Shown here in pieces: positions 1-8,837 of a stretch of DNA of 64,000 nt. The notes beneath the pieces were generated by a model that worked only from the letters and a program-made list of their open reading frames with translations, had not been told where the DNA came from and did not search any database. Position numbers and translations under genes: made by a program. This stretch comes from Candidatus Cloacimonadales bacterium (lineage in GTDB: Bacteria; Cloacimonadota; Cloacimonadia; Cloacimonadales; JAFGVF01). The stretch's first letter is position 1; every line of letters starts with the position of its first letter. The stretch spans positions 224,001 through 288,000 of the forward strand of contig OY759729.1 in assembly GCA_963662585.1 (NCBI GenBank), given 5' to 3'.

Positions 1-1
1 G

Positions 2-973
2 GAAGGTGATTTTTCTTCTACAAGTTCTTTCATTGATAGCGAAGTTATATTTCATTACCTAATGTATTATGTTATGCAATATCCTGATGACATCCCTACA
101 GCCTTCCGTCATGCTTTTACCAATAAGCAAGTTGGAAATATTGATATGGAATACATTCTAAAGCATAATGACAGTGTAGTTGTTAATTTTGTTTTTTCTG
201 ATGGCTTTTCAGCCTATGCTTATCGTACTTCTCGGATTCAGGGAACAAGCTATAACTTAAGCTATCAAATCTATCCTAATAATTTTGTAGCTATCAAGAC
301 AGGTGAAAGTTTAAGCAATACCTTAGATAAGCATGAATTAATCAAAATCTCTTCATCTGGTGAAATAATACCTCTAAGCACTGAAGCAATTCTTAACACT
401 GTTTTTCTCAAGAAATTTGTTGATACTCTAGATTCTAATCAATTTAGATTAAATTGGACTATTCAAGCCAATAACCAGATAAGAAGATTTAACATCTATC
501 GAGCTACTAGTCAAAATTTTACCAACGCTCGTGTTATTTCCTCACTAATAGTTGAAAATCCTAACCAAACAGTGTTTGATTACCTTGACGAATATCCTTC
601 TGCATCAGAACACTATTATTGGATAGAAATAGTATATAGTGATGACAGTTCTGAAATTACCTCTAATATTCCTTCTTCTGAAAGTGATGATGATCCTATA
701 ATTCCAGAAGTAAACACTTCAGTGACTCTCTACCCTAACCCCTTTACTGAAAAACTCAATATTGCAATTGAAAGCGATCAAGAAGTTAAGATTAGGATTT
801 ATAATTTAAAGGGGCAGTTAGTAGATAAACTTGTCTATCATTCAAATGAGAAAGGTCCACTCAGCTGGGATACAGCTAATATTTCTTCTCAAAATCTACC
901 AAATGGAATATATATACTTAAATTTATCAATGGCCACAAAGTCTTTTCTAGAAAAGTTATAAGGATTAAATAG
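2..973 (+). CDS. Secreted protein with C-terminal FlgD/T9SS type-A-like sorting domain; 5' end truncated by the window edge
   Basis: Frame is open from base 2 to the ATG at 62. C-terminus has YPNPF..KIRIYNLKGQLV..WD..PNGIYILK. Confidence 0.75.
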   Translation, partial: EGDFSSTSSFIDSEVIFHYLMYYVMQYPDDIPTAFRHAFTNKQVGNIDMEYILKHNDSVVVNFVFSDGFSAYAYRTSRIQGTSYNLSYQIYPNNFVAIKTGESLSNTLDKHELIKISSSGEIIPLSTEAILNTVFLKKFVDTLDSNQFRLNWTIQANNQIRRFNIYRATSQNFTNARVISSLIVENPNQTVFDYLDEYPSASEHYYWIEIVYSDDSSEITSNIPSSESDDDPIIPEVNTSVTLYPNPFTEKLNIAIESDQEVKIRIYNLKGQLVDKLVYHSNEKGPLSWDTANISSQNLPNGIYILKFINGHKVFSRKVIRIK

Positions 974-1106
974 TAACTTGCAAAAATCACTTGGATAAGT
1001 GACTTCTTTCTTGATTTCATCTTGCTAAAGGAATATAAATTGCATATATTAATATAGGATAATATTATTAAAATTTATGATAAAATACTTAAATAGGATG
1101 GATTAA

Positions 1107-4100
1107 ATGAAAAAACTGTCGTTTTTGCTTTTTGTGTTAACCTTTGTCATTGCGTCACAAGCTTTAATCGTCGAAACAGGAAGTCTTAAGGACTTTCTAT
1201 ATGGAGCAGATTCTTCTTTTGAATATGATAACTTTGTTTCTCATATTTCAGAAGGAATAGCTTCCCCAAACTACAATTATTATGCACCTTTCGATCCTCA
1301 AACTACTGGATTTGGTGATTTTGTTACTCCCAATACCACTCAATTGGATAACTGGTCTTCAATCACTGAAGAATTTTTGAATGGTAACTGGGAAACTGCT
1401 CAAAACATGTTAACAAATAATAACTATCCCTATCATGTAGTTGAATTCCACGATACTGATTTTGATAGAACTTATTATATGTTAAGAGAAACACTTAATA
1501 CTGATACAGATAACAATATTGATTCTGATCCTGATGATGATGTTACTGGTTCTTTTGATTATGGTTGGGGATTATATATTTATAACCCTGAAGCAGCCAA
1601 TCCTATTATCGTTACAGTTCCACATCCTACAGATGATTTTCCTACTATCGTTCTTGGATATCATACTTTCACAAAATGGGATTCAGCCTTCTTGATGGTA
1701 TCTGGTGCTGGAAGAGAAGTTAAATGGACTAATGTTCCTCCATACTATAACTCAAAATCAATTAGTGATCCTACCCGTAATATAAATCATCCTTTCAATA
1801 GAAGTTATCAAAAATTTGCTGACTACATTAGAGATGATTATGGTAGATTAGAATTTTCAGCTCAAATGCATAGTTATGATTGGAATGACAGACATAACGG
1901 TTATGCTAATACACAAATTTCTGCAGGTGCTACCAGACCTAATCCTAACTTACCTATTTGGGATCATTCCAATAGTGGTCAAGATTTACTTAACTGGTCA
2001 GATGAAATAATTTTCCCTGCTAACACATTTGGTGTTCATAAAGAAGTAGATAGAAATGAATATTATGCTATATTTAATACAGTGCACGAGCTTAATTATG
2101 ATAATAACCCTGAAACTCCAATCAACACAAATGTTGACCTTTGGGGTTATAGTGAAAACCGTCAAATGCAATATACATTATCTGGTACAACAGACTATGA
2201 TGTAGTAGATCCATTCTTCCATATCGAGATTGATGAGTTACCTGAAGTTTATGATCAAACTATTGCTAACTATTGGTGGTTCTATGGCTATGATCCAACT
2301 CTAGGAAAATTTATCCCTGAAAACATTTATACTATGACTGAGAATTACTACACTTATTGGATTGATAGAATAGCTGAAAATATTGATACTTTTATCGGTA
2401 TTGATAATGATTCTGCTAACCCTCCAATGCCTACAAATTTCCAAACTGTTGCAGCTAATTATAACGATGTTATTTTAAGTTGGGATCCAGTTTCAGACCA
2501 CAATTTCAAGTCATATCAAATCCTTTATTCTGATTCTCCTATAGTAGGGCTCAATTACCAAGTATTTGATAGAGAAAACAATCAGTTGCTAGCAGACCAA
2601 AAAACTGATAATATTAAAGTTACTGGTTTAACACCTGATACAGATTATTATTTCCAGATTAGAACTGTTGATTATTCAGATAATTACTCAGCTGCTCATG
2701 AAGAAATCGAAGGTTATACTACTCCATTTAAAGTTCAAAGTTTAACTGCTAAAGCTGAAGACCCATATATTATCATTGAATGGAAAACAACTAACGAATC
2801 TAATTTATCACTTTATAAAGTATATAGAAGAGAACTTGGTGACGAGACTTGGGAACAAGCATCAGAAAGTATCATCGCTAATAATCAAACTTCCTTAAAC
2901 ACTTATACTTGGTATGATGAGACTGCTCAATATGGTCACTATTACGAGTATAAAATAAAGATTTATAACATGGCTGGATCAGTTTATCAGTACGATGTTA
3001 TTGTGCAAGCTCAGTTCTCAGATTTTATCACTTTGATTGCTTCTAATGATGATGGTTCTGTTTCTGATCAAGTTATCTTTGGTGTTAATCAAGATGCATC
3101 AGATGGTTACGAGAGTAGTTATGATGTGACTACTTCTACTTCAGGAAGTGGAACTTATGTTCTCGCAGCATTCTATGAACAGTATTATAATTCAAGTTAT
3201 AGATACTTAGAAAAGAATATCTATGGAGATACTGATTTAACTCAGAACTATAAAACTTATGTTTTACAAGTAAAAAGTAGTTTATCAAACCAACAACTAA
3301 AAATATCTCTTGATGATTTTGCTACTGATAGATTTAGTAGAAAAGTATGGTTAAAAGAATCAAATAATAATTTTATTGATTTAACTCAAGAACCTCTCTA
3401 TTTTACTGTTTCAAACTCTAACTTTAAAACATTCACCCTCTACTATGGTAACCTTAATCCAAGTCTTACCTTTGCGAATACACCTGCCTTTAAAATTCAT
3501 CACCCAAATAGTATCATTAATTTACAGTGGTCTTATCAAAATAACGAAATGTTAGATCATTATAGATTAGATTTAATCTCAGCTACTGATTCTCTCAATA
3601 TTGAATCTTCTGTAGCAGCTAATACCTATTTCTTCCCTTGGTTAATTCCTTTAGATGCTCATATCGAAGATGCTAAATTTGTTATCACAGCTTTTGCTAA
3701 CGATGGAGAAGTTAGAAGATTTGAATCAAGTTGGACTATGGGTATTTTACCAACCGAAATGACCTATAATTTCCAAGAAGGCTGGCAATTAGTTTCTCAT
3801 GTTTGGGAAAATGATGCACCTACAGCAAATGAACTTTTTGGTACAGGTACTTCTTTAGTACAATTTATGCCAAATCAAAATTATGAACCTACTCTTTTCT
3901 ATAACTTTGGAAATGGTTATTGGGCTAATTTACCACAAGCAATAGAAACAACTAATAGTGGAGACATCTATAATGATCAAGTTACTATAGATATTCATCA
4001 AGGTTGGAACCTTATAGGTAATCCTTATCCTTCAGATACAGACCTATCTTCCTTAATATTTGATGTTGATGGCACCGAATATACAATCGGAGAAATGATC

Positions 4101-5012
4101 ACTTATGAATATATTTCTCGTGGTATTTATGTTCATAGAGAAAATGGTTATGAACTTACTGATACTGTTAAAGGTATGGAAGGATTCTATCTCTATAGTG
4201 CTTTAGGAGACTTTAATGGCGTTACTTTAACATTTACTCCTTACAGACATCATTATGGACTTGAAACACTACCTGTTTCATGGTCAGCTCTAGTAATTGC
4301 TGAAACTGCTAATGATAAAGATAATATTCTAGTGGGATTCTCTGATTATGCTAGTGATGATATCGATTATAATTTAGATTTCCCTAAAGCCCCAAATAAG
4401 CCTTATGAAGGTATTGATATCTATACCAATTATGCAACAGATGATAGTTATAATCAAGGACAGCAGGACTATAAAGCACCAGTTAGCGAAGATGAAGTGA
4501 AAGAGTGGAACTTCCTTGTTAATGTTAGAAGCCTAGAACCAATAACCCTTAGCTTTGAATCTGAAGATTTCCCATTCGGTTCTCTTTTTACAGCTTTAGA
4601 AGTTAATGGAAATGATTTCTATTTTGATACTGATCATGATTATGAATTCACTCCAACTGAACTTGGAGAACATCAATTCAAGTTGAAAATAGCTAACTAT
4701 GCCCTTGATAATGAAAATGGTGATGCAAGTCCTATAGCTTCCTATTTCAATGTTTATCCTAATCCATTTAACCCTGAAACAACTATAGCCTTCGATCTCA
4801 AACATGAAGGAAAAGTAGAACTTAGTGTTTATAACTTAAGAGGACAAAAAGTTAAAACTCTTTGTAATGAAACTCTTCCTGCTGGAAGAAAAACATTTGT
4901 TTGGAACGGGAAAAATAGTAGTGGTAAGCAAACAGCTTCAGGAATCTACTTCATGAAGTTAAATGCCCAAGGTCAAAAATCTAAAATCAGAAAAGTTATG
5001 TTAATGAAATAA
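1107..5012 (+). CDS. Large secreted multidomain protein: putative hydrolase N-domain, FN3 repeats, FlgD/T9SS-like C-terminal domain
   Basis: Signal peptide MKKLSFLLFV..ASQA; FN3 motif (LSWDPV..VTGLTPDTDYYFQIRTVD); C-terminal YPNPFNPETTI..YNLRGQKV..WNGKN..ASGIYF. Confidence 0.8.
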   Translation: MKKLSFLLFVLTFVIASQALIVETGSLKDFLYGADSSFEYDNFVSHISEGIASPNYNYYAPFDPQTTGFGDFVTPNTTQLDNWSSITEEFLNGNWETAQNMLTNNNYPYHVVEFHDTDFDRTYYMLRETLNTDTDNNIDSDPDDDVTGSFDYGWGLYIYNPEAANPIIVTVPHPTDDFPTIVLGYHTFTKWDSAFLMVSGAGREVKWTNVPPYYNSKSISDPTRNINHPFNRSYQKFADYIRDDYGRLEFSAQMHSYDWNDRHNGYANTQISAGATRPNPNLPIWDHSNSGQDLLNWSDEIIFPANTFGVHKEVDRNEYYAIFNTVHELNYDNNPETPINTNVDLWGYSENRQMQYTLSGTTDYDVVDPFFHIEIDELPEVYDQTIANYWWFYGYDPTLGKFIPENIYTMTENYYTYWIDRIAENIDTFIGIDNDSANPPMPTNFQTVAANYNDVILSWDPVSDHNFKSYQILYSDSPIVGLNYQVFDRENNQLLADQKTDNIKVTGLTPDTDYYFQIRTVDYSDNYSAAHEEIEGYTTPFKVQSLTAKAEDPYIIIEWKTTNESNLSLYKVYRRELGDETWEQASESIIANNQTSLNTYTWYDETAQYGHYYEYKIKIYNMAGSVYQYDVIVQAQFSDFITLIASNDDGSVSDQVIFGVNQDASDGYESSYDVTTSTSGSGTYVLAAFYEQYYNSSYRYLEKNIYGDTDLTQNYKTYVLQVKSSLSNQQLKISLDDFATDRFSRKVWLKESNNNFIDLTQEPLYFTVSNSNFKTFTLYYGNLNPSLTFANTPAFKIHHPNSIINLQWSYQNNEMLDHYRLDLISATDSLNIESSVAANTYFFPWLIPLDAHIEDAKFVITAFANDGEVRRFESSWTMGILPTEMTYNFQEGWQLVSHVWENDAPTANELFGTGTSLVQFMPNQNYEPTLFYNFGNGYWANLPQAIETTNSGDIYNDQVTIDIHQGWNLIGNPYPSDTDLSSLIFDVDGTEYTIGEMITYEYISRGIYVHRENGYELTDTVKGMEGFYLYSALGDFNGVTLTFTPYRHHYGLETLPVSWSALVIAETANDKDNILVGFSDYASDDIDYNLDFPKAPNKPYEGIDIYTNYATDDSYNQGQQDYKAPVSEDEVKEWNFLVNVRSLEPITLSFESEDFPFGSLFTALEVNGNDFYFDTDHDYEFTPTELGEHQFKLKIANYALDNENGDASPIASYFNVYPNPFNPETTIAFDLKHEGKVELSVYNLRGQKVKTLCNETLPAGRKTFVWNGKNSSGKQTASGIYFMKLNAQGQKSKIRKVMLMK

Positions 5013-5036
5013 GTTAACAATAACTAGTAATATGTT

Positions 5037-5067
5037 AAGCCAAGAGAAGATTCTCTTGGCTTTTTTT
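5037..5067 (+). terminator. Rho-independent terminator
   Basis: AAGCCAAGAGAA-GA-TTCTCTTGGCTT followed by a T run, about 25 nt after the stop of 1107..5012. Confidence 0.85.
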
Positions 5068-5128
5068 ATAGGCTTTGCTTTTACCTAGATACTTTTTTGA
5101 GATATGAAATCCTACTACAAAGAAATAG

Positions 5129-6185
5129 CCCTCTTATGCCAGATTGCATGCACCCTTGCATGCGAAAAAAACTTATAAAATCTAATGTTATCTTATTATT
5201 GTCTAATGTGGAAGCAGAGACGATCTATGGACTGGAGGCGTCTCGGCCTCCAGAAAAGATAAGTTCCATTCCATAATTTAAGATTCACGGACTAAAGGTC
5301 CGTAACCCCAGTTAATCACTAAAAAGGGAAATTTAAAAGTGTGATAATCCCTCTTCTGCCGGATTGCATGCACCCTTGCATGCAAAAAACCTTATAAAAA
5401 TCTAATGTTATCTTATTATTGTCTAATGTGGAAGCAGAGACGCTTCCACTCCAAAGAAGAAAACACCCCCTGTGTCCCCCTCACGGAGGGGGATTTATAA
5501 CACCCCGTCTGCTTTGCAGCCACCCCTCTTTTAGCGTGCCTTCAGCACTAAAGAGGGGAGTTTAAGATTCATGTCCGTAACCCCAGTTAATACAACTTTG
5601 TAGAAGCAGGGACGATCTATGGACTGAGGCGTCTCGGCCTCCAGAAAAGATAAGTTCCATTCCATAATTTAAGATTCACGGACTAAAGGTCCGTAACCCC
5701 AGTTAATCACTAAAGAGGGAATTTTAAGAGTGTGATAATCCCTCTTCTGCCGGATTGCATGCACCCTTGCATGCGAAAAACCTTATAAAAATCTAATGTT
5801 ATCTTATTATTGTCTAATGTGGAGGCAGAGACGCTTCCACTCCAAAGAAGAAAACACCCCCTGTGTCCCCCTCACGGAGGGGGATTTATAACACCCCGTC
5901 TGCTTTGCAGCCACCCCTCTTTTAGCGTGCCTTCAGCACTAAAGAGGGGAGTTTAAGATTCACGGACTAAATGTCCGTATCCCAGTTAATACAGTTTTGT
6001 GGAAGCAGGGACGATCTATGGACTGGAGGCGTCTCGGCCTCCAGAAAAGATAAGTTCCATTCCATAATTTAAGATTCACGGACTAAAGGTCCGTAACCCC
6101 AGTTAATACAGCTTTGTGGAAGCAGGGACGCTTCCACTCCATAAAAAATTCAGCCTAGTTCAAGCAGAGGCATCTATACCTGCAC
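5129..6185. repeat. REP/BIME-like mosaic array 1 of palindromic modules with a higher-order period of about 390-400 bp
   Basis: Module A (TTGCATGCACCCTTGCATGC) x3; B (GTGGAAGCAGRGACGCTTCCACTCCA) x3 intact and x3 interrupted; C (ATTCACGGACTAAAGGTCCGTAACCCCAGTTAA) x5, one internally deleted; D (CCCCCTCACGGAGGGGG) x2; E (CCCCTCTTTTAGCGTGCCTTCAGCACTAAAGAGGGG) x2; F (CTGGAGGCGTCTCGGCCTCCAG) x3. Confidence 0.9.
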
Positions 6186-6427
6186 AGCTGGCGGAGTGTT
6201 GAAGATGTACCAGTTTAAACTGCCAAATTCTTTATCTTTTTTCTCTCAGACTTTCTTCTTACTAGTTTAATCAACTAATCCTTAACCTCTCTTTCTCACT
6301 CATCTGAAATGATAATCGATTAAATATTGACTTTAGTAATAGGGAGCAGTAAGAAATGATTAAAAGAAGATAGATATATCAGGGTTATTGGATAAATTCA
6401 AAAGAAATAATGCTAAGTTAAAAACAG

Positions 6428-6457
6428 AAAAAGGGACTTCCGAAGAAGTCCCTTTTT
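6428..6457 (-). terminator. Terminator of gdhA, potentially bidirectional
   Basis: AAAAA-GGGACTTC-CGAA-GAAGTCCC-TTTTT; gives a C(UUCG)G tetraloop on the minus strand. Confidence 0.9.
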
Positions 6458-6489
6458 ACTATATTTTATTAGTATTTAGATACTAACTA

Positions 6490-7830
6490 TTAAACAATAC
6501 CTTGTTGAAGCATAGCTTCAGCAACTTTCATGAAACCTGCAATGTTAGCACCTTTAGCATAATCGATAAATCCATCAGCTTCAGTACCATATTTAACACA
6601 AGCTTCGTGAATGTCTGACATAATTCTTTTGAGTTTTTCATCAACTTCTTCAGAAGTCCAGTTATATCTTAAACTGTTTTGAGACATTTCAAGACCAGAA
6701 ACAGCAACACCACCAGCATTAGCAGCTTTACCAGGACCGAATGGAACTTTAGCTGTATGGAAAGCGTGAGCAGCATCAGCAGTACATGGCATATTTGCAA
6801 CTTCGATAATAGCTTTAACGCCGTTAGCAATTAATTTGTCTGCATCTGCTTTGTGAAGTTCATTTTGAGTAGCACATGGGAATGCAACATCAACTTTAAC
6901 GCCCCAAGGTTTTTCTCCAGGGAAGAATTTAGCTTTAGGGAATGATTTGATATAATCACCAACTCTGTCATTGTTAGAAGCTCTTAAGTCTAACATACAT
7001 TGCCATTTTTCAGGAGTATTGATACCTTCTTCATCTAAGATATAGCCATCAGGTCCTGAAAGAGTGATAACTTTTGCACCAAACTCAGTAGCTTTGATAC
7101 AAACACCCCAAGAAACATTACCGAAACCAGAAACAGCAACAGTTTTGCCTTCTAAAGTTTCGTTTTGGTCTGCTAACATACCTTTAGCATAATAAACACC
7201 ACCAAAACCAGTAGCTTCAGGTCTGATTAATGAGCCACCCCAAGTTCTACCTTTTCCAGTAAGAACGCCAGTGAATTCATTACGCAATTTTTTGTACATA
7301 CCGAACATGTAACCAATTTCTCTTCCACCAACACCGATATCACCAGCAGGTACATCTGTGTTTGGTCCGATGTGACGGAATAATTCCATCATGAAAGATT
7401 GGCAGAATCTCATAATTTCAGCATCAGATCTTCCTCTTGCGTCGAAGTCTGATCCACCTTTACCACCACCCATAGGGAGAGTAGTTAAGCTATTTTTGAA
7501 GATTTGTTCGAATCCTAAGAATTTAAGGATTGAAAGATTAACAGAAGGATGGAATCTTAATCCACCTTTATATGGTCCAATAGCACTATTAAATTCAACT
7601 CTGTAACCTCTATTTACATGAACTTCACCTTTGTCATCAGTCCAAGGAACACGGAACATTATTGTTCTTTCAGGTTCAACAAGTCTGTCTAATATTTTAG
7701 CTTGTACAAATGCAGGGTTACTTTGGTAAGCTTCCCATATAGTATCAACAACTTCTTTCACAGCTTGAATAAATTCAGGTTGTCCAGGGTTTCTAGCTTC
7801 TACTTGAGCTACAAATTCTTGTGCGGTCAT
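6490..7830 (-). CDS. gdhA: NADP-specific glutamate dehydrogenase
   Basis: GPYKGGLRFHP, LPMGGGKGGSDF, DVPAGDIGVG, GFGNV motifs. Start moved to the ATG at 7830, which follows a GGAGG SD. Confidence 0.95.
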   Translation of the reverse strand: MTAQEFVAQVEARNPGQPEFIQAVKEVVDTIWEAYQSNPAFVQAKILDRLVEPERTIMFRVPWTDDKGEVHVNRGYRVEFNSAIGPYKGGLRFHPSVNLSILKFLGFEQIFKNSLTTLPMGGGKGGSDFDARGRSDAEIMRFCQSFMMELFRHIGPNTDVPAGDIGVGGREIGYMFGMYKKLRNEFTGVLTGKGRTWGGSLIRPEATGFGGVYYAKGMLADQNETLEGKTVAVSGFGNVSWGVCIKATEFGAKVITLSGPDGYILDEEGINTPEKWQCMLDLRASNNDRVGDYIKSFPKAKFFPGEKPWGVKVDVAFPCATQNELHKADADKLIANGVKAIIEVANMPCTADAAHAFHTAKVPFGPGKAANAGGVAVSGLEMSQNSLRYNWTSEEVDEKLKRIMSDIHEACVKYGTEADGFIDYAKGANIAGFMKVAEAMLQQGIV

Positions 7831-8036
7831 AAGAACCTCCATCAATTATTTTTTATATGTCTTAATTAAAATATGATATTTATTTGTCAAGCTTTTCAGA
7901 AAAAATATTTATTAAATAAACTAATCTAATGTTATACTTGACCTTACAACTACCATAAAATTCATTAAAAAAATCCAATTCATTTAAAAAAGATAAATTA
8001 AGTCTAATTTCGATAATATTATATCTAAAAAAAACA

Positions 8037-8837
8037 TTAAAGTTTTTGGCACATAGGACAGAAGTAGGTTGAACGGCCACCAATCTTAACTTTTTCTACT
8101 TGATGACCTAGAGGGCAAATATCTTTTCCGTAAATCTGCAAGAAGTTTTGGAAAGAACCTGTTTTATCATCAACTCTTCTGTAATCTGATATTGTTGTTC
8201 CATTACATTCTATAGCTTGGGCGAGAACACTTTTTATTGATTCAACTAGAGATTTGATTTCTTTAGGGGATAGATCTTTCCCTTTTGATTTAGGATGAAT
8301 CTTGGTTCTAAAGAGTACTTCACAAACATAGATATTACCTAATCCAGCTATCTTTGCTTGATCAAGCAGAAAACTCTTAATTGGTGAGCTTGCATTTTTG
8401 AGAATATTCCTCAGGTGCTTGGGAGTAAACTCTTCAGAAAGGGGTTCTATTCCTAATTTTCTGAAATAATAAGCTAGCTCCGATTGTTTTAGACAATCAA
8501 TAGTACCAAAAGTTCTGACATCATCAAACCTGAGAAAGCTATCATCAGTAAAATATATTCTAGCTCTCTCATGTTTTAGAAGTTCTTGGTCGCCCTCTTC
8601 ATAGATTAATTTCCCTGTCATTCTAAGATGAACAATTATAGAGTAATTATTCTCAAGAAGAATAACAATGTACTTTCCTCTTCTTTGAACATCCATAACT
8701 TGGGAAGAATAACAAGTTGCTTCGCATTCTAATCTTAGAGTATTTGGATAAAACTCTTCAATCTGACTTATCTCTTTACCAATAATTATCTTAGCTAAAT
8801 CATTAACGACTGTCTGTACTTCTGGAAGTTCCGGCAT
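8037..8837 (-). CDS. mutM: Formamidopyrimidine-DNA glycosylase
   Basis: N-terminal MPELPEV, RRGKY, HLRMTG, GLGNIY, and C-terminal GRSTYFCPMCQ. Confidence 0.95.
   Translation of the reverse strand: MPELPEVQTVVNDLAKIIIGKEISQIEEFYPNTLRLECEATCYSSQVMDVQRRGKYIVILLENNYSIIVHLRMTGKLIYEEGDQELLKHERARIYFTDDSFLRFDDVRTFGTIDCLKQSELAYYFRKLGIEPLSEEFTPKHLRNILKNASSPIKSFLLDQAKIAGLGNIYVCEVLFRTKIHPKSKGKDLSPKEIKSLVESIKSVLAQAIECNGTTISDYRRVDDKTGSFQNFLQIYGKDICPLGHQVEKVKIGGRSTYFCPMCQKL

Noticed and set aside
5129..6185. CRISPR array built on the 33-nt module C
   Set aside because: Intervening sequences are themselves repeated and of very unequal length, there are no unique spacers, and no cas genes are present.
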